DNA of 64,000 nt from Lepidodermella squamata (lineage: Eukaryota > Animalia > Gastrotricha): positions 3,720,001 through 3,784,000 of the forward strand of contig JBLDXI010000054.1 in NCBI GenBank assembly GCA_047495785.1, in the 5' to 3' direction. Position numbers and translations under genes: made by a program. The notes beneath the pieces were generated by a model. The model was not told the origin of the DNA. It was given only the letters and a program-made list of their open reading frames with translations, and did not search any database. This document shows, piece after piece, positions 25,943-38,176 of the stretch (position 1 is its first letter; the number at the start of each line of letters is the position of its first letter).

Positions 25943-26848
25943 ATGCCAGCGAAAGTAGCCGTCGTAACAGGTGCGAATAAAGGCATCGGCCTTTCTATCG
26001 TCAAACTGTTGTGCCGACAACACCCCGACTGGATTATTTACTTGACGGCACGCAACGCCGAACTCGGTCAGCAGGCTGTGAAACAACTCGAGAGTGACTA
26101 CAAAATTTCGCCACGGTTCCACCAACTTGACATCGAATCAACGGAGAGTATCGCGGCGTTTCGCGACCACCTAGCCGCTAATTACCCTCAAGGTATCAGC
26201 GCGCTAATCAACAACGCCGGTATTTATTACAAGTCCGAGGCTGTGCCGAAATTTAGCCGCGAAAAATTCCAGAAAACCGTGGAAATTAATTATTTCGGAT
26301 CGTTGAATGTCTGCAACCATCTTTTCCCGCTGTTGGCTGATGGCGCTCGGGTCGTTTTTGTGTCTAGCCGCCTCGCTCAGGTCGCCTTCTCGCAGTACAC
26401 CCAAAAAATTCAAGACCGACTGCGAAATTGCTTGACGGTTGATGAAGTCTCGAAAATAATGCGTGAATTTACCGAATTACCCGAAGAGCAGTACACCTCA
26501 GGCGGCTGGTCCCCGGTCCCTTTAGCTGAGCTGGCTCCGAAATGGCAACAGGCCATGGTTGACCTGCTGCCTTATGGTACGTCTAAAATCGGCCTGAACA
26601 TGCTGACCCAAATTTTCCAGACCGAATTCGACCTGAAAGCGTCAGATGCCGGCGCCGAGCAATCATCAATTGTCATAAATGCTTGTACGCCGGGTTTGGT
26701 TAAGACGGAAATGAATGTTCGCGGCGTGAAAACGCCCGATCAAGGCGCTGATGTTCCGGTTTTTCTCGCGACATTGCCACCTGGAACACATATTCGAGGA
26801 ATGTTTCTGGGCGATGATCGCTCGATCGTAGACATGTTTCATGTTTGA
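25943..26848 (+). CDS. Carbonyl reductase (CBR1-like SDR), intronless
   Basis: VTGANKGIG, LINNAG, YGTSK, CTPGLVKTEM and QGADVPV motifs; 301 aa. Confidence 0.9.
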   Translation: MPAKVAVVTGANKGIGLSIVKLLCRQHPDWIIYLTARNAELGQQAVKQLESDYKISPRFHQLDIESTESIAAFRDHLAANYPQGISALINNAGIYYKSEAVPKFSREKFQKTVEINYFGSLNVCNHLFPLLADGARVVFVSSRLAQVAFSQYTQKIQDRLRNCLTVDEVSKIMREFTELPEEQYTSGGWSPVPLAELAPKWQQAMVDLLPYGTSKIGLNMLTQIFQTEFDLKASDAGAEQSSIVINACTPGLVKTEMNVRGVKTPDQGADVPVFLATLPPGTHIRGMFLGDDRSIVDMFHV

Positions 26849-27031
26849 ACTAATCGTGTCATTTTTTCGATTTGTCACAATCATTCGGAATTGCAAGAAA
26901 CCTCTGTCTTGCCGATTTATTTCAATAAATTTCGAGCGAAATCACAGCTATACTATCGCCCCGAGAAATAATTTCAGTAAATATAGTACTATAAAATAAT
27001 TTTGATGTTAAAAAGCCATGTCACTCGATTT

Positions 27032-28820
27032 TTACAGCGATGCGTAGCTAAGGACGCTTTCGTTGGTTTCCACCTTGACAGTCGGTGTTTGCGCGAAGGC
27101 GGAATGCGGCGCCTCCTGAAGCAGCGTTGGCGCAAACGGCGCGGTATAATCGTCGATGGGCGGCGGCTGCAGGGGCGCGTAGGTCGCCGCAACCGGGTGA
27201 GCATCAATCGCCGGCCATTCGCACGGCGGGGCAGGTGCGTAGAAGCCGATCGGCATCGGTTGGTAGAAGGCCTGCTGCGGCTGGTCCGGGTACATGCCCG
27301 GGATGAAAGGCATCGTTGCGTGAGGAGGGCCGTACTGGTATGGGTAGTAATAACCCATCGGCTGATAAGGAATAAACGGAACCATGTTAACTGGCTCGGT
27401 TGACGTCGATGGCCACGAATCGGGCGGGGTGACAGTGTGCTGCGACCCGGGCAGGTCGTCGCTAACTGCCGGGCGTTTCATTTTCTTACGATGCGTGGCT
27501 TCCATTAAATCGCTCGGTCTTTTCAGAGCTGTTGGCAGGGAAATCGATTCTAGTTTAACCTCATCACCACTAGCCTTCAAATCACCGATATTGGTTAGAG
27601 CTCGGCTGAAAAGCTCACTGCAAAAAATAATCATGAATTTATGATTTATTATGATAAAATGGGACAAACCTTTCCAAGTGGCAGAAAATCGTGACAGATT
27701 CGATTTCTTCGCCGCCCTTCAATTCGATTTGGCATGAAATCGGAGCGTTATTTCGTGCCAACCTTGTCATGAACTGAATTTGGGATGAATCATCTGATGA
27801 GTCGCGGCTTTTCATTATCCGATCTAAGACTTGGTCAACTTTGTCTGGGTCGATGAGTTCTAGCCAATTTTTTCCGTCCACACTTTCGCCAAAGTAAATC
27901 TCGGCGGAGGTAGATGCTTCTTCTATCGTAAAATCACTGGAGCAAGAAAATTCCAGGATACTTCCAATGGTTCTCGATAAATTTCCATAAGCCTCGCTGC
28001 ACCTCATGGCAATTAGAGGTTTCCCAGTTTCAGGCTTTAACAATCGCAATATTGCTACCTGAAAAATTCGGATTTTTTACAATAAAATTGAGGATTAAAA
28101 AAAACTACCATTTTGATTTTCGATAGCCTATCACAGGCAACGTCGTCTCGGAATGGAACGTACGCAATTTTGTCGGCGAATAGTTCCGGATTAGCCAGCA
28201 TTTCATCAACTTGTTCCGCGAGTTTTTGCGCCGAGCAAGTGTCCGAAATTAGGTCGTAAACCGATTCGAACCGCGACAAAATGCGTGGCGCTGAATCTTT
28301 GAAAAATCGCTCGCAATTCTCCGAAACGTAAACAATTTTGCCCGACTCGTAAATGTCTTCCTCGAGCCCGGCAGCATCGAAACTTCGCGTCAACCGGCGT
28401 GGTTTTGCAGTCTCGAATTTTTGCTCGCGGAAAAAATTAACAGGATCGAAAATGATAAGCAGTTCATCGATTCGCGTTCGGAGGAACTTGAACTCCGACT
28501 CCTGATTAGTGGGACAATCAAATTCCAAGCCAAGGGCTGAAAATAGGGCAAAAAATTGAACGTTTTTTCTTGGAAATGTATTGATTTTTACCATTTTTCA
28601 GGCTCAGGTATTTGAGGGTATACGAAACGGCGTATCTCAGCGTCGGGAGTTTCGCACTGCCGCTGAGGCCGCAAAATTCGCTGCCGAAGCCGGAATCGTC
28701 GGGTGAGTCTTTGAATTTGTAGAAAACGGGCAAACAACCGGCGAGTTTGTTGATGACCGAATTCTCGGCGTTTCTGCTGTTGCGGCTCGTGACCACTGCC
28801 GTCAAGTCGGAGTGCTTCAT
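27032..28820 (-). CDS. Divergent class I bHLH-PAS transcription factor (HIF/SIM/AhR-type layout)
   Basis: bHLH-like SRNSRNAENSVINKLAGCLPV..K..TLRYAVSY; PAS-A GKIVYVSEN; PAS-B GKNWLELIDPD; P/Q/Y-rich C-terminus. Three ~50-nt introns near 28590-28537, 28108-28059 and 27669-27618. Confidence 0.75.
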
Positions 28821-29719
28821 GCGTCTCGCTTGGGCTTAACAAACCGCGCGTGGCACACGTAACTTCCGTTCGCTTTGGTTTATGAGAACACGATTTTGCT
28901 ATAACGTGTGCACCTGTTGCTAAAGCTGCTCACTGCTCTCACTGCAGGTTCAATATGTTTTAGCTATACACTGGCTATGCTGTATGGATGCTGCTACAGG
29001 CTCTAATATGTGCTACCCTATATGAGCTGCCGCTGCTTCGTGTGCCTGCAGCTGTCTCCTGTAGTGTACAACGTCAAAGACGAGCCGAGAGTTATAATGA
29101 TAAACGTTTAACATTGCTACGACAAGGGCAATATAGATAGACTTGCTTTATACGCCGTTTTTTTCTATATTTTTTTTCTATTTTGGGAGAATACGCGGGC
29201 TCATTTTTTCGCTCATAAATAATTTCAATTCGCTAATAGTTTCAGCAAAACAAAATTTGGATCCAAGAGGCAAAAAAAATTATGATCAAAATTGATCAAA
29301 AAATTAATTCAGTAAATGAGGAATTTTTACCTTAATATTTACATGGCCAGTTCCCTTAAAAATTCTTAAAAAGCATTGGTCTACAAAATAAAAAAGTATA
29401 TATCATCTCGTGTTCGAAAATCATTATTCACTGAGTTTGATGATAAAATGATGTATAAAAAAAGGATTTGCTGAGATTGATTTTATTAAAATAATCCGGA
29501 CAATATTTGGCATGGCAATTGTCGACAAGAGCGAGGCCAATATATAATGAACGTTTAAGATTAAACATATATTATGTTGCGCGAAACCTTTTGTTAAGTT
29601 ACACGTGCTTATTCAAGCACGAGCTACTCCTACGAGAAGGCGCTGGGAGGTATATAAACAATACTATATAGTTATATCACCCGTGTATACAGCCTTCACT
29701 TTTTGCCAGCAACAGTGAG

Positions 29720-32690
29720 ATGTTTACTCGGTGCACAGCATTTTTAGGGCTAATTGCTGTTGCCATCTGGGGCCAAGGTGAGGATAATTATTATTATTTT
29801 TTATTAAAAATGATGGCACGGTAATTAAACTGATTTTCAAAAGGAACTTCGGCCCAAGATGGAACCTACGCTTGCCCTTCACTATTCATCACCAACGGCG
29901 CAGACAAATCTCGAAATGGTTACAGTTTTTATACTTTTTTGCGTCCATCTTAATTTAACCTTGCTCCAATTCAGCATTCAGCTCTACCCGATACAATTGT
30001 CGATATGTTTACGGAAACGTAGTCATTCAAAACGTCGAGTTGAACGACCCGAATCAGGTGAGATCAATTCCACTAAAGCTAATTTCTCGAAACTTGACCT
30101 TATTTTTCTGAAGCTTCGCCCATTTCTCGACGAACTTACTGTGATTGAGGGCTACCTTAAAATAGAAAATGTTACACTTCCTGGTGGCATAGAGCCAGGC
30201 CTTACGTCGACCAACATCGGGCTGAGGTTTCCGAAGTTGACCCAAATACGAGGCCGCTATCTACTGCAGGTTCAACAGGGTGACACAAACTACCGCCCAG
30301 CTCTGATGATGCGACTTCTTCGCGGGATCAACTTCATGTCATTTCCAAGCTTGGCCGCGATTACTAACGGCGATGTTTTCATAGTTTCATCTCCAAGAGT
30401 AAGTCTGGAAATTAAAAAAAATATGCGAAATAATCCTTGTGTTACAGTATGGATTCAGTAAGACGGTCGAATGGTCGCGGTTTTTCATGCCATCTTCCCA
30501 ACAGAAGTAATTGAGCTAGAGCATTACATTCTTAATAATAAAATTCCAATTTTTCAGGGTGTACATTGGCTCGTTAACAGTTCCAACAGCCCTATGCCAT
30601 GCGCAGTGTCAAGATTTTCCGCCTCAGGCCGATTTCACCTCGACAAAGCGTTGCTTCGGCCCCGATATCGGCGACTGCCAGTCCCCGATCAATACCCCTA
30701 ACACCCCGTGCGGGAACAGCCAATGTTTAGGCGGATGCACCGCAGCCACCGGCAAATGCAACGCTTGCCGTTACAATTTGAATATCACCAGTGGAGATTG
30801 CGTTTGTAACGCTGTTAACCAGCCGACTCTACAAGGGCCAGTTAGCATGGGACTTTCCTTCCAAATTCCCGGCCTTCCAAGCTCTCAATCCGCCCCTCGA
30901 GCACCTGGAAATCAGAATAATGGCAACAACAATTTTCGCTTGGTCGACTCTAATTCAATAGTAATTTTCAAAAAAATCCCAATTTTTTTTAATTAATTGA
31001 TTTTTTGTAGATGTGTGCTAGCAGTTGCCCATACCCCACCGTTACATTTTACAACCAGACGCAAGCTACTGGAAACATGTGCGTTTTCAAGTGTCCAAAC
31101 CTCGATACAACTCAGGAGTCGAACGGCCGATGCGTTGATAAGGACTTCCTAAGCGACACCTTACCCCCGAAAGAGTGTTACCCGGAAGCTGAGGGTATTC
31201 TAGACGGTGTCCTAACCGATGCCAACATCGCTTTTATGGGCGAACAATGCGAAAAAGTTGTCGGAAATTTGGCCATCTACGGCAATCTTTTGAGTTACGA
31301 GCAAGCGTCGAAATTCCTGTCTGCAGTTAGAGTTATAACAGGATCGCTAACAATTCAATGGACGTCCTATCCGAATCTGGACTTTTTATCGAGTTTGAAC
31401 GTTATTCAGTCTCAAAACCGAAACTTGCTCGGCACTGCAACTTCCGCGGCCGATGCCAATAGTGCTGGTTCGTTGGTCATTCGAAACAACGCCCAGTTGA
31501 CAACGATTTGGCCGATGCTTAAATCACTGCGCCAACTTCATCAAGGCATCGTGATAATAGCGCTGAACCCGCGGTTGTCGCCGTGCGGTTTATCAACTTC
31601 AAGCGCAATGCAGGCTAGGTTCAACGCATCTGGGGTCATTTTGCTGGACAACAGTGCTCTCGCGACAGCGATCAATTGTTCCTGCAGCAATTTGTGTGCT
31701 CTTCAATCGCCGAACTACAACGCTCAGTCTTGTTTAGCTCCTAATGACAACACGCAGTGTTACGGCTGTCCTGGATATCAAGACATTGACACGAAAGCTT
31801 GTCTGCCCCTTAGTAGGTCAACATATTTAATAAGGAAAAATCTCAATTTAATGTTTTTTCACAGCTGAAAATTGCCAAAGACCAAGCTCGACCGAGTATT
31901 ACCTCGCTGATCCAGCTCGTAGGATGTGCAGGCGTTGCGATGTCCAGTGTTCAGGTGGTTGCACTGGCCCGTTGCCGACTGACTGTGTCGCATGTCGCAG
32001 TGTTCGCCGCTTCGCCTCGAAACAGTGTGCGGATTGGTGTGATTTGCTAGAATTCGAAAACGCCGGCAGTTGCGTTCCTTGTAACCCGGCCTGCTCTCGA
32101 GGTTGCACCGGGCCTGGCACTACGCTGTGCTCCAGCTACGACCCACCTATCCCGAAAGCGCCCGCCGGAAGTTGCAACCCTGGTTGCGGTCTGATCTACT
32201 ACGACCAGCCCTCGCAACAGATGCGTTGTGTCACTAAATGGTATTTTTCATAATTTTAAGGAGGATTTTTGATAATTAATGAATTTTCAGTCCTAACAAC
32301 ACATTCCCGAGTTTCGTGGTGAAAAGCACTGATCGCGGGGTTTTCCAAAGCCAACTGTCAACTCGTTGCCCAGCCCAAGCTCCGCGGCTTATCAGGACCA
32401 GTGGCTATCAATATTGCGAAACTTGTCAAACATTGTTCCCGAATTGCGCCACCTGCAAGGACCCTGGCGTTCGCGGTCTCGATGGTTCGATCAACTTGTT
32501 GAACATGCCTAACAAATATCCGGTAATTTGTCTGAAATGCGCCGACAACTTCTACCTATTGGAGCCAGAGTTGGATTATATTTCTCAACGCCCTGTTACG
32601 CCTCAGGAATGCGTTCAGAGGTGCCCGATAGAAAAGGGATACAAAGACTCAGTTGACGAGAGTGGCATTAAACGTTGCGTCAAGATTTAA
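29720..32690 (+). CDS. Secreted EGFR-ectodomain-like protein (L domain - furin-like - L domain - furin-like), no TM or kinase
   Basis: TATATAAA at 29651; signal peptide MFTRCTAFLGLIAVAIWG. L1: TVIEGYLKI, FPKLTQIRG, FPSLAAITNGDVFI. L2: CEKVVGNLAI, VRVITGSLTI, NLDFLSSLNVI. Furin repeats CSGGCTGPLPTDCVAC. Stop at 32690 then AATAAA. Confidence 0.85.
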
Positions 32691-32728
32691 TTTCGTTTAT
32701 TTTTTTTAAATAAAATAATTTCAAGTGA

Positions 32729-34490
32729 TTAAGCAAAAATATAAGCATGATAGAAGGCACCGAAAAAGAAAACGAGAAAAGTTGCCACGATAACAAGGAA
32801 AATGTAACTGATCCATGAAATTCTATCAAAAACCAAAGCGATGAACATCCATTCCTCGCGGTTGTATCTTAGCATTGCCTTCTTTATCAAGTAACTTGCG
32901 CGAGCGTGCTGCCGAATCGAGTTTCGAAGGTTCGCCTTAGCTGCGAGTTGCTCTGGAGACTCGGGATTCTCGTCATCATCTTGCGGCGGAAGTTGATAGG
33001 GAGCATTTTCGGCTGTTTCAATGATGGTTGTACTTTCGAACTTGCAAACTGGCTCTGAGTTTCCCAGTCCAACAACTTTTCCCAGGCAGTGGAAATATCC
33101 TTGAAGGGTTCCAGGAACCTTTTTGTAAGATTTAGACTTCGCGATTATCAGGAAACCAATCGATTGACAAAGAATAGCGAATGCAATACAGACAGCCATA
33201 GAGCTCAAATAAAGCGAGAGAATCGACCGACTCGGGGGTAATTCACCCTGAATTATAAGCTGGGTTAAATACAAGGCAAGAAGCGAAATGAAGGAGAGTT
33301 CGACTCGCACGTATTTGTCAACTTTGATCGTGAAGGTCAGGCTTTCAATTAGCAAAATAAGGAGACTGGGGCCGGCGATAATTATCAAGGTCAAATAAGA
33401 CATCTTTCGCTTGAGCACAACTTCGAACGCCATCTGAAAAAATGAAAATCAAATGACCTATTTCTTAGTAATAAAACACGATCGAACCGCGTCGTATTGA
33501 CGTTCTTCTGTGGGATCGGAAATCATTTCTTCTGAAACAGCTGAATAGGACTTGATTTCCAATAGATCGTGCGGGATGTTTTCGATAAATACCGCAGCCG
33601 GGTCTGATAAGTTGAAGAGAAGATGCTGCTTGGTGTATTTCCAAGCTTCGAAATGCATCATACACTTCTGGAACTTATTTTGTAAGAATAAATTCATAAA
33701 ATAAAGAAAAAATTGCCTGTTCATCGAAAGGAAATGTGAGGAAGTCCATGGCACAACGGAACGAGAAAATTCCACCCGGACTGAAGTTGGTAAGACCGTC
33801 GCTATGAATTCGCACCATCTCTCTGCTATTCCTAGTTAGCATGTACTTGCCATCTATGCTGTTTGAAGATGGGCCATCGATTTTTGAATCGAATTTAAAA
33901 AATAATTTAAATAAACTTTAATTTAAAAAATAAACCTGTTCATGAAAGCGATATCGGGAACCCAGACCCCGGTTTTCTCACCGTGAGGCATGACCACGTA
34001 TTCGATGCACGAAAGTGGGTAAGTTGCGCTCCAGGAATGAAATTCATCAATCCATTTCTGGACAAATAATTATTGTGTTAAACTTTGGAGCTTCAAAGTG
34101 GTTCAAGGACTCACGATCGCTAGGTAGCCGTACAGATTGACTATTTGAGACTTCTCATCCTGAAAGCACCTTAAAACTTAAGAAATTGATTCTTCTTATA
34201 ACCAACGTACGACTTCGTCTATTCCTTGTATAACAAGTCGAGCGGTGACTACGATCGGGTTTGCTGCATTTCGAATGGGTCGATCCCAACTATTTCTGAC
34301 GGGAATTTTCGCCTCATTTACAAAAAACGCGTTGGAAATCGCATCTTCCGGAACTGCTCAAAGTATCTCTTTATTAGCCTTTTCAAGAGTAATCTCAATT
34401 GTTACCAGTTTGTTTGTCGCATCTCGTTGTTAGCGGAACACCTAAAACAGCTAAAACAGAGAAAATTGCTATAAGGACAATTTCAAGCAT
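32729..34490 (-). CDS. Cys-loop ligand-gated ion channel subunit, nAChR/5-HT3-like, non-alpha
   Basis: Signal peptide; RP..N; WIDE; VWVPDI; Cys-loop CAMDFLTFPFDEQKC across a GC-AG intron; four TM helices with EEWMFIALVFDR before TM4; no vicinal Cys in loop C. Confidence 0.9.
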
Positions 34491-34715
34491 TTTATTAAGG
34501 CTCGAATGTAAAATTTCAAAGTATAAGGGAGAGATATCGAAGCAAGAATCGAATATGAGGGCAAATCGATGCTACAGCTCTCGTCACGCGATTAGCCAAT
34601 AAAAAAATCCGTTTTCCCCCGAAAACACGCACCTGGGCGCAAAATGGGTTCGTTACCTTTTGAGAAAACGCGAAAAAAGAGGGCGACGCATTCAAGACAA
34701 ATGGCTCGATGATGA

Positions 34716-36420
34716 ATGAAACCAATTTTGAATGAAGAGTATACTCGCAGAAACTCCAGACCTAAAAAAGAAACCTCACTGGATAAAATGATTCGCGGTT
34801 ATGAAATCATGAGAGAATTAACGGAAAAAGATAAGCTTTTCACCCATATTTACGAAGCGAAAAATGACAAAGGAGATCGGTTCCTGGCCAAATCAATGTG
34901 CTTCACATCGGCTGGCAAAAAAGCGATAACTCAGGCAGCGAATGAGATTGAAATTCTGCGCAAAATCAAACATCCAAATATCGTCAATTTCGTCGAGTCT
35001 TTCACGGAAAACTCCGACTTTTACGTCGTAATTTCTTACTATGACCGAAGCAAGACTCTTCATAACCGGATAAACCTGCAAAAGATGGCCAATATCTATT
35101 TCAGCGAATACGAAGTGGTTGTTTGGTTCGCTCAGATAGCTAGCGGCATCGAACATTTGCATGCTAAGAATATCATGCACAGGTAAAACTAAATCAGAGC
35201 TAAACTTGTTCTGCTCTGGTAATGAATTTCTTATAAAAGGAACTTGAAAACTCAGAGCATTTATCTGACCGATGGCGATGTCGTTAAAATCGGTAACTTC
35301 GGACTCGCCAGGTACGGATTGATCTCTTATATTTTGGATATCTAATAGGATTTTCTAGAATTTTCGAAGACCATGAAGAATTCGCAACAACCATTGTTGG
35401 GACACCGTATTACATGGCTCCGGAATTTTTCCAACATGTTCCAGTATGAAAATTCATGTCTAATGTCTATTTCCATGCTAAATTGTTGTTAACTTAGTAT
35501 ACGAACAAAACAGATATTTGGGCAATGGGCTGCACGCTATTGGAATTGATGACACTACGTCACGCCTTTTCAGCTCGAGACATGAAATCACTGGCCTCTG
35601 AGATTCTTAAAGGAGAAATGCCGCAAGTTCCTTCTGGCCATTTCAGCCAAGATCTCGTCGATTTAGCGATGATAATGTTGTCGCTGAAGCCTGATAGTCG
35701 GCCTTCAGCACGCATAATCCTTAGACTGCCTTTCATCAAAGAGCATATTCAAAAATTCATCGATTCCCAAAAGCAAGAAAATAGCGATCTTAAATTATTC
35801 ACTTTGGTAAGGCAATTTTGGTTCGACTGCAGCCATTTCATTTAGTATTTTATAGATGCCCGTAAATGAGATAGCAAGGGCTAACCGGCGCAACAGAATT
35901 GCTGATCAGAAACGGGCTAGTTCAGCAAGTAATTTTTTTGTTATTTTCTTCGTAAAATGAGGTCATTTTCGAAAACTCGTCAGGTGGAATAAATCGCGTC
36001 TCCAAATCATCAGAAGAAGTGACGGAGCCACTTAACTGCCGGATGAGCCAAGTTCTGCGAGACGATAATCAAAGATCAGCTTCGACTGACCAGCTTGCTA
36101 CTAATAATAACATGCTGACAATTCCTTCTGGCATCACCGCCCTGGTCGACCGAAATCGGTTGAACAAACGAATCGAGGCTCTGCATCAGGAGTGTCTCAA
36201 CGGCCTCGGCTTGCAGCGGTTTCACGAAGCTTGGCAAATTTTCAACGCTTCAATTGAAAAAGAACGCGACTGCGAAGAGGAAGAGACTTCTCTAGAGAAA
36301 AATCTGCGCGAATTTCTGGGTGACAACGATTTTTCACAATACGCTTCGAAAATCATCGATTTGAAATTTTGTGAAGACTTGAAAGAACGCCAATTGTTTA
36401 GCGGCCATAAGCAGCTTTGA
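34716..36420 (+). CDS. NEK4/NEK1-like protein with pseudokinase-type domain (start could be 34788)
   Basis: HPNIVNFVESF, WFAQI, HR|NLKTQSI, KIGNFGLAR, VGTPYYMAPE, DIWAMGC..ELMTLRHAF. C-terminal RIEALHQECLNGLG motif resembles the NEK1/4 tail. Confidence 0.85.
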
Positions 36421-36601
36421 ATACAACTCGTGTTTTTCCTCTACGTTTTATCAATGGCCGGCTCGGGTACGTTGTAAAAAAACATGCGATAAAAATACGC
36501 CAGTCGTAATAATTAACAACGTGTTGTGTTGCATGTGTGGCATGAGGTATTTTTATGACCCGATTTTGTGAGTGGGTTGCTCACACACAACAAACATCAT
36601 A

Positions 36602-37814
36602 ATGAAGCGGCAGTTATCTGATGTTGACTTGAGCGACCAAGATCGCCAGCAGAAATGCATAGCTGTTAGCCGTACAATCACCGACCTGCCAAATGAACTT
36701 TTGTCGCAGATTTTCATCTGCTCATCCCAGTTGAGCATTCGAGATTTATTTTCAAGCTGTACTCTAGTTTGTCAGAGGTTTGTTTTCAACGGTTTTCCAG
36801 TTTTGCCTTTATTCTAATAATTTTCAGATGGCATTCAATTATTCAATCAGACATCTTCTTGAAAAATGTGATAACAGTAGAATTTGACGGTAATCTCGCC
36901 GCGGCTTTTGCTGCGATTCCTCACGCTATCGAACGATTTAAAACGCTGCTCAGTGTTAGTCCACTTTTTGGACTGGTTCCTTACAAATTACAACTCGACA
37001 GTGAGCTGCATTTGCCTGCTCTACGCGTCACCTCAATTGCTCATTTTATTGACACGCTGCAAAATTGCGATGATCGTAAATGGCAATCAGCGTCTCATTG
37101 CTACGTCAACGGCGGCTTTTGCAATCACTACTGGTATTGGCTAATCAATTTTAAAACACTTCTCTTGGATTTTCCTGAGGTAATTTTGTTAGTTTTTCAG
37201 GTTTCGCGTTTTTTTCATTAATTTAAGGAGGATTTTTTATTTCACTCGCGTTTTAAATTTTTCACGCCGAATTGTTTAAGATTTATTTTTAATTTAATTT
37301 TGTAATTTTGTAGGTTATCAGCGTATTGTGCATGCCCTTCACAATAGGCGGACCCTACGTCAAGGTGACATCATGCAGTCCGTTATATCTGCTCGACGAG
37401 CAATTAAACCTGATCGAAGACCCGATCGAACCCGAACCGAATGACGATGAAACAACGCCGATATGCTGGACGGTTAAATGCTACCCGCAAGGCGTGAATT
37501 ACGTCGCGTTTGAAATTTACGACGACTTCTGCGGCAACGAAGAAATGCCGCTCCGCCTGTTGTGGCCATCTCAAATTGCTAGATTTGAGCAAAAAATGTT
37601 TCTAGCAGCTATGAATAGGCGATACGGCGCGATAGTTAGCGGATATGGTGACACTAATTCTGAATGCAGTCGCAATGTAAGTGACAGTGATGACGACGAC
37701 TTCGGCAACCCGGATCGAGACGCTAGGGCCCGTGACGAATTTCGGCGATGTTTCCAGCGCATGAGCAGTTCTGAAAGCAGCACATCAGAGAGTGAAAACG
37801 CTTTTGTTAGCTAG
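36602..37814 (+). CDS. F-box protein with possible FBA-like (FBXO2/6/44-type) domain
   Basis: ITDLPNELLSQIF..CTLVCQR|WHSII F-box; introns ~36778-36828 and 37180-37313; YPQGVNYVAFE resembles the FBA motif; acidic tail. Confidence 0.75.
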
Positions 37815-38176
37815 CGATAAAAAGCTGGAAATATTTGAATTTGAGAGAAATAATAAAATATGCCTTTTTTGTACGTAATTGTCTTTTTAAAGGGAATTTC
37901 CTTCACGCCCCGGGTGTGCATTTGATCTTTGAAATTCCGACGGAAGTCAGCAACAATAGACAGCGAAATGCCGAAAGAATATATTGGGAAAACATCGAAA
38001 ATTCCTAAATTGAAACGCACTCTGCCAATAAGTAAAACGTGCAAAACACAGAAAACGCCAAATAATTAACTGTTTCATTGATTTTTCAAACTGTTTTTGA
38101 AATTGCAAGCACCAATATAATTGAAGATGAAACGTGATTATTGGCTATTAGGGAGCGCTATTTTGACCTCTCTGAG

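Noticed and set aside
27002-27403. Arg-rich plus-strand ORF
   Set aside because: Antisense shadow of the Pro-rich bHLH-PAS tail.
35180-35320. A-to-I editing restoring the NEK4-like kinase (AAC to GAC twice)
   Set aside because: Editing could not fix the Asn-to-Ser change or the missing Gly loop.
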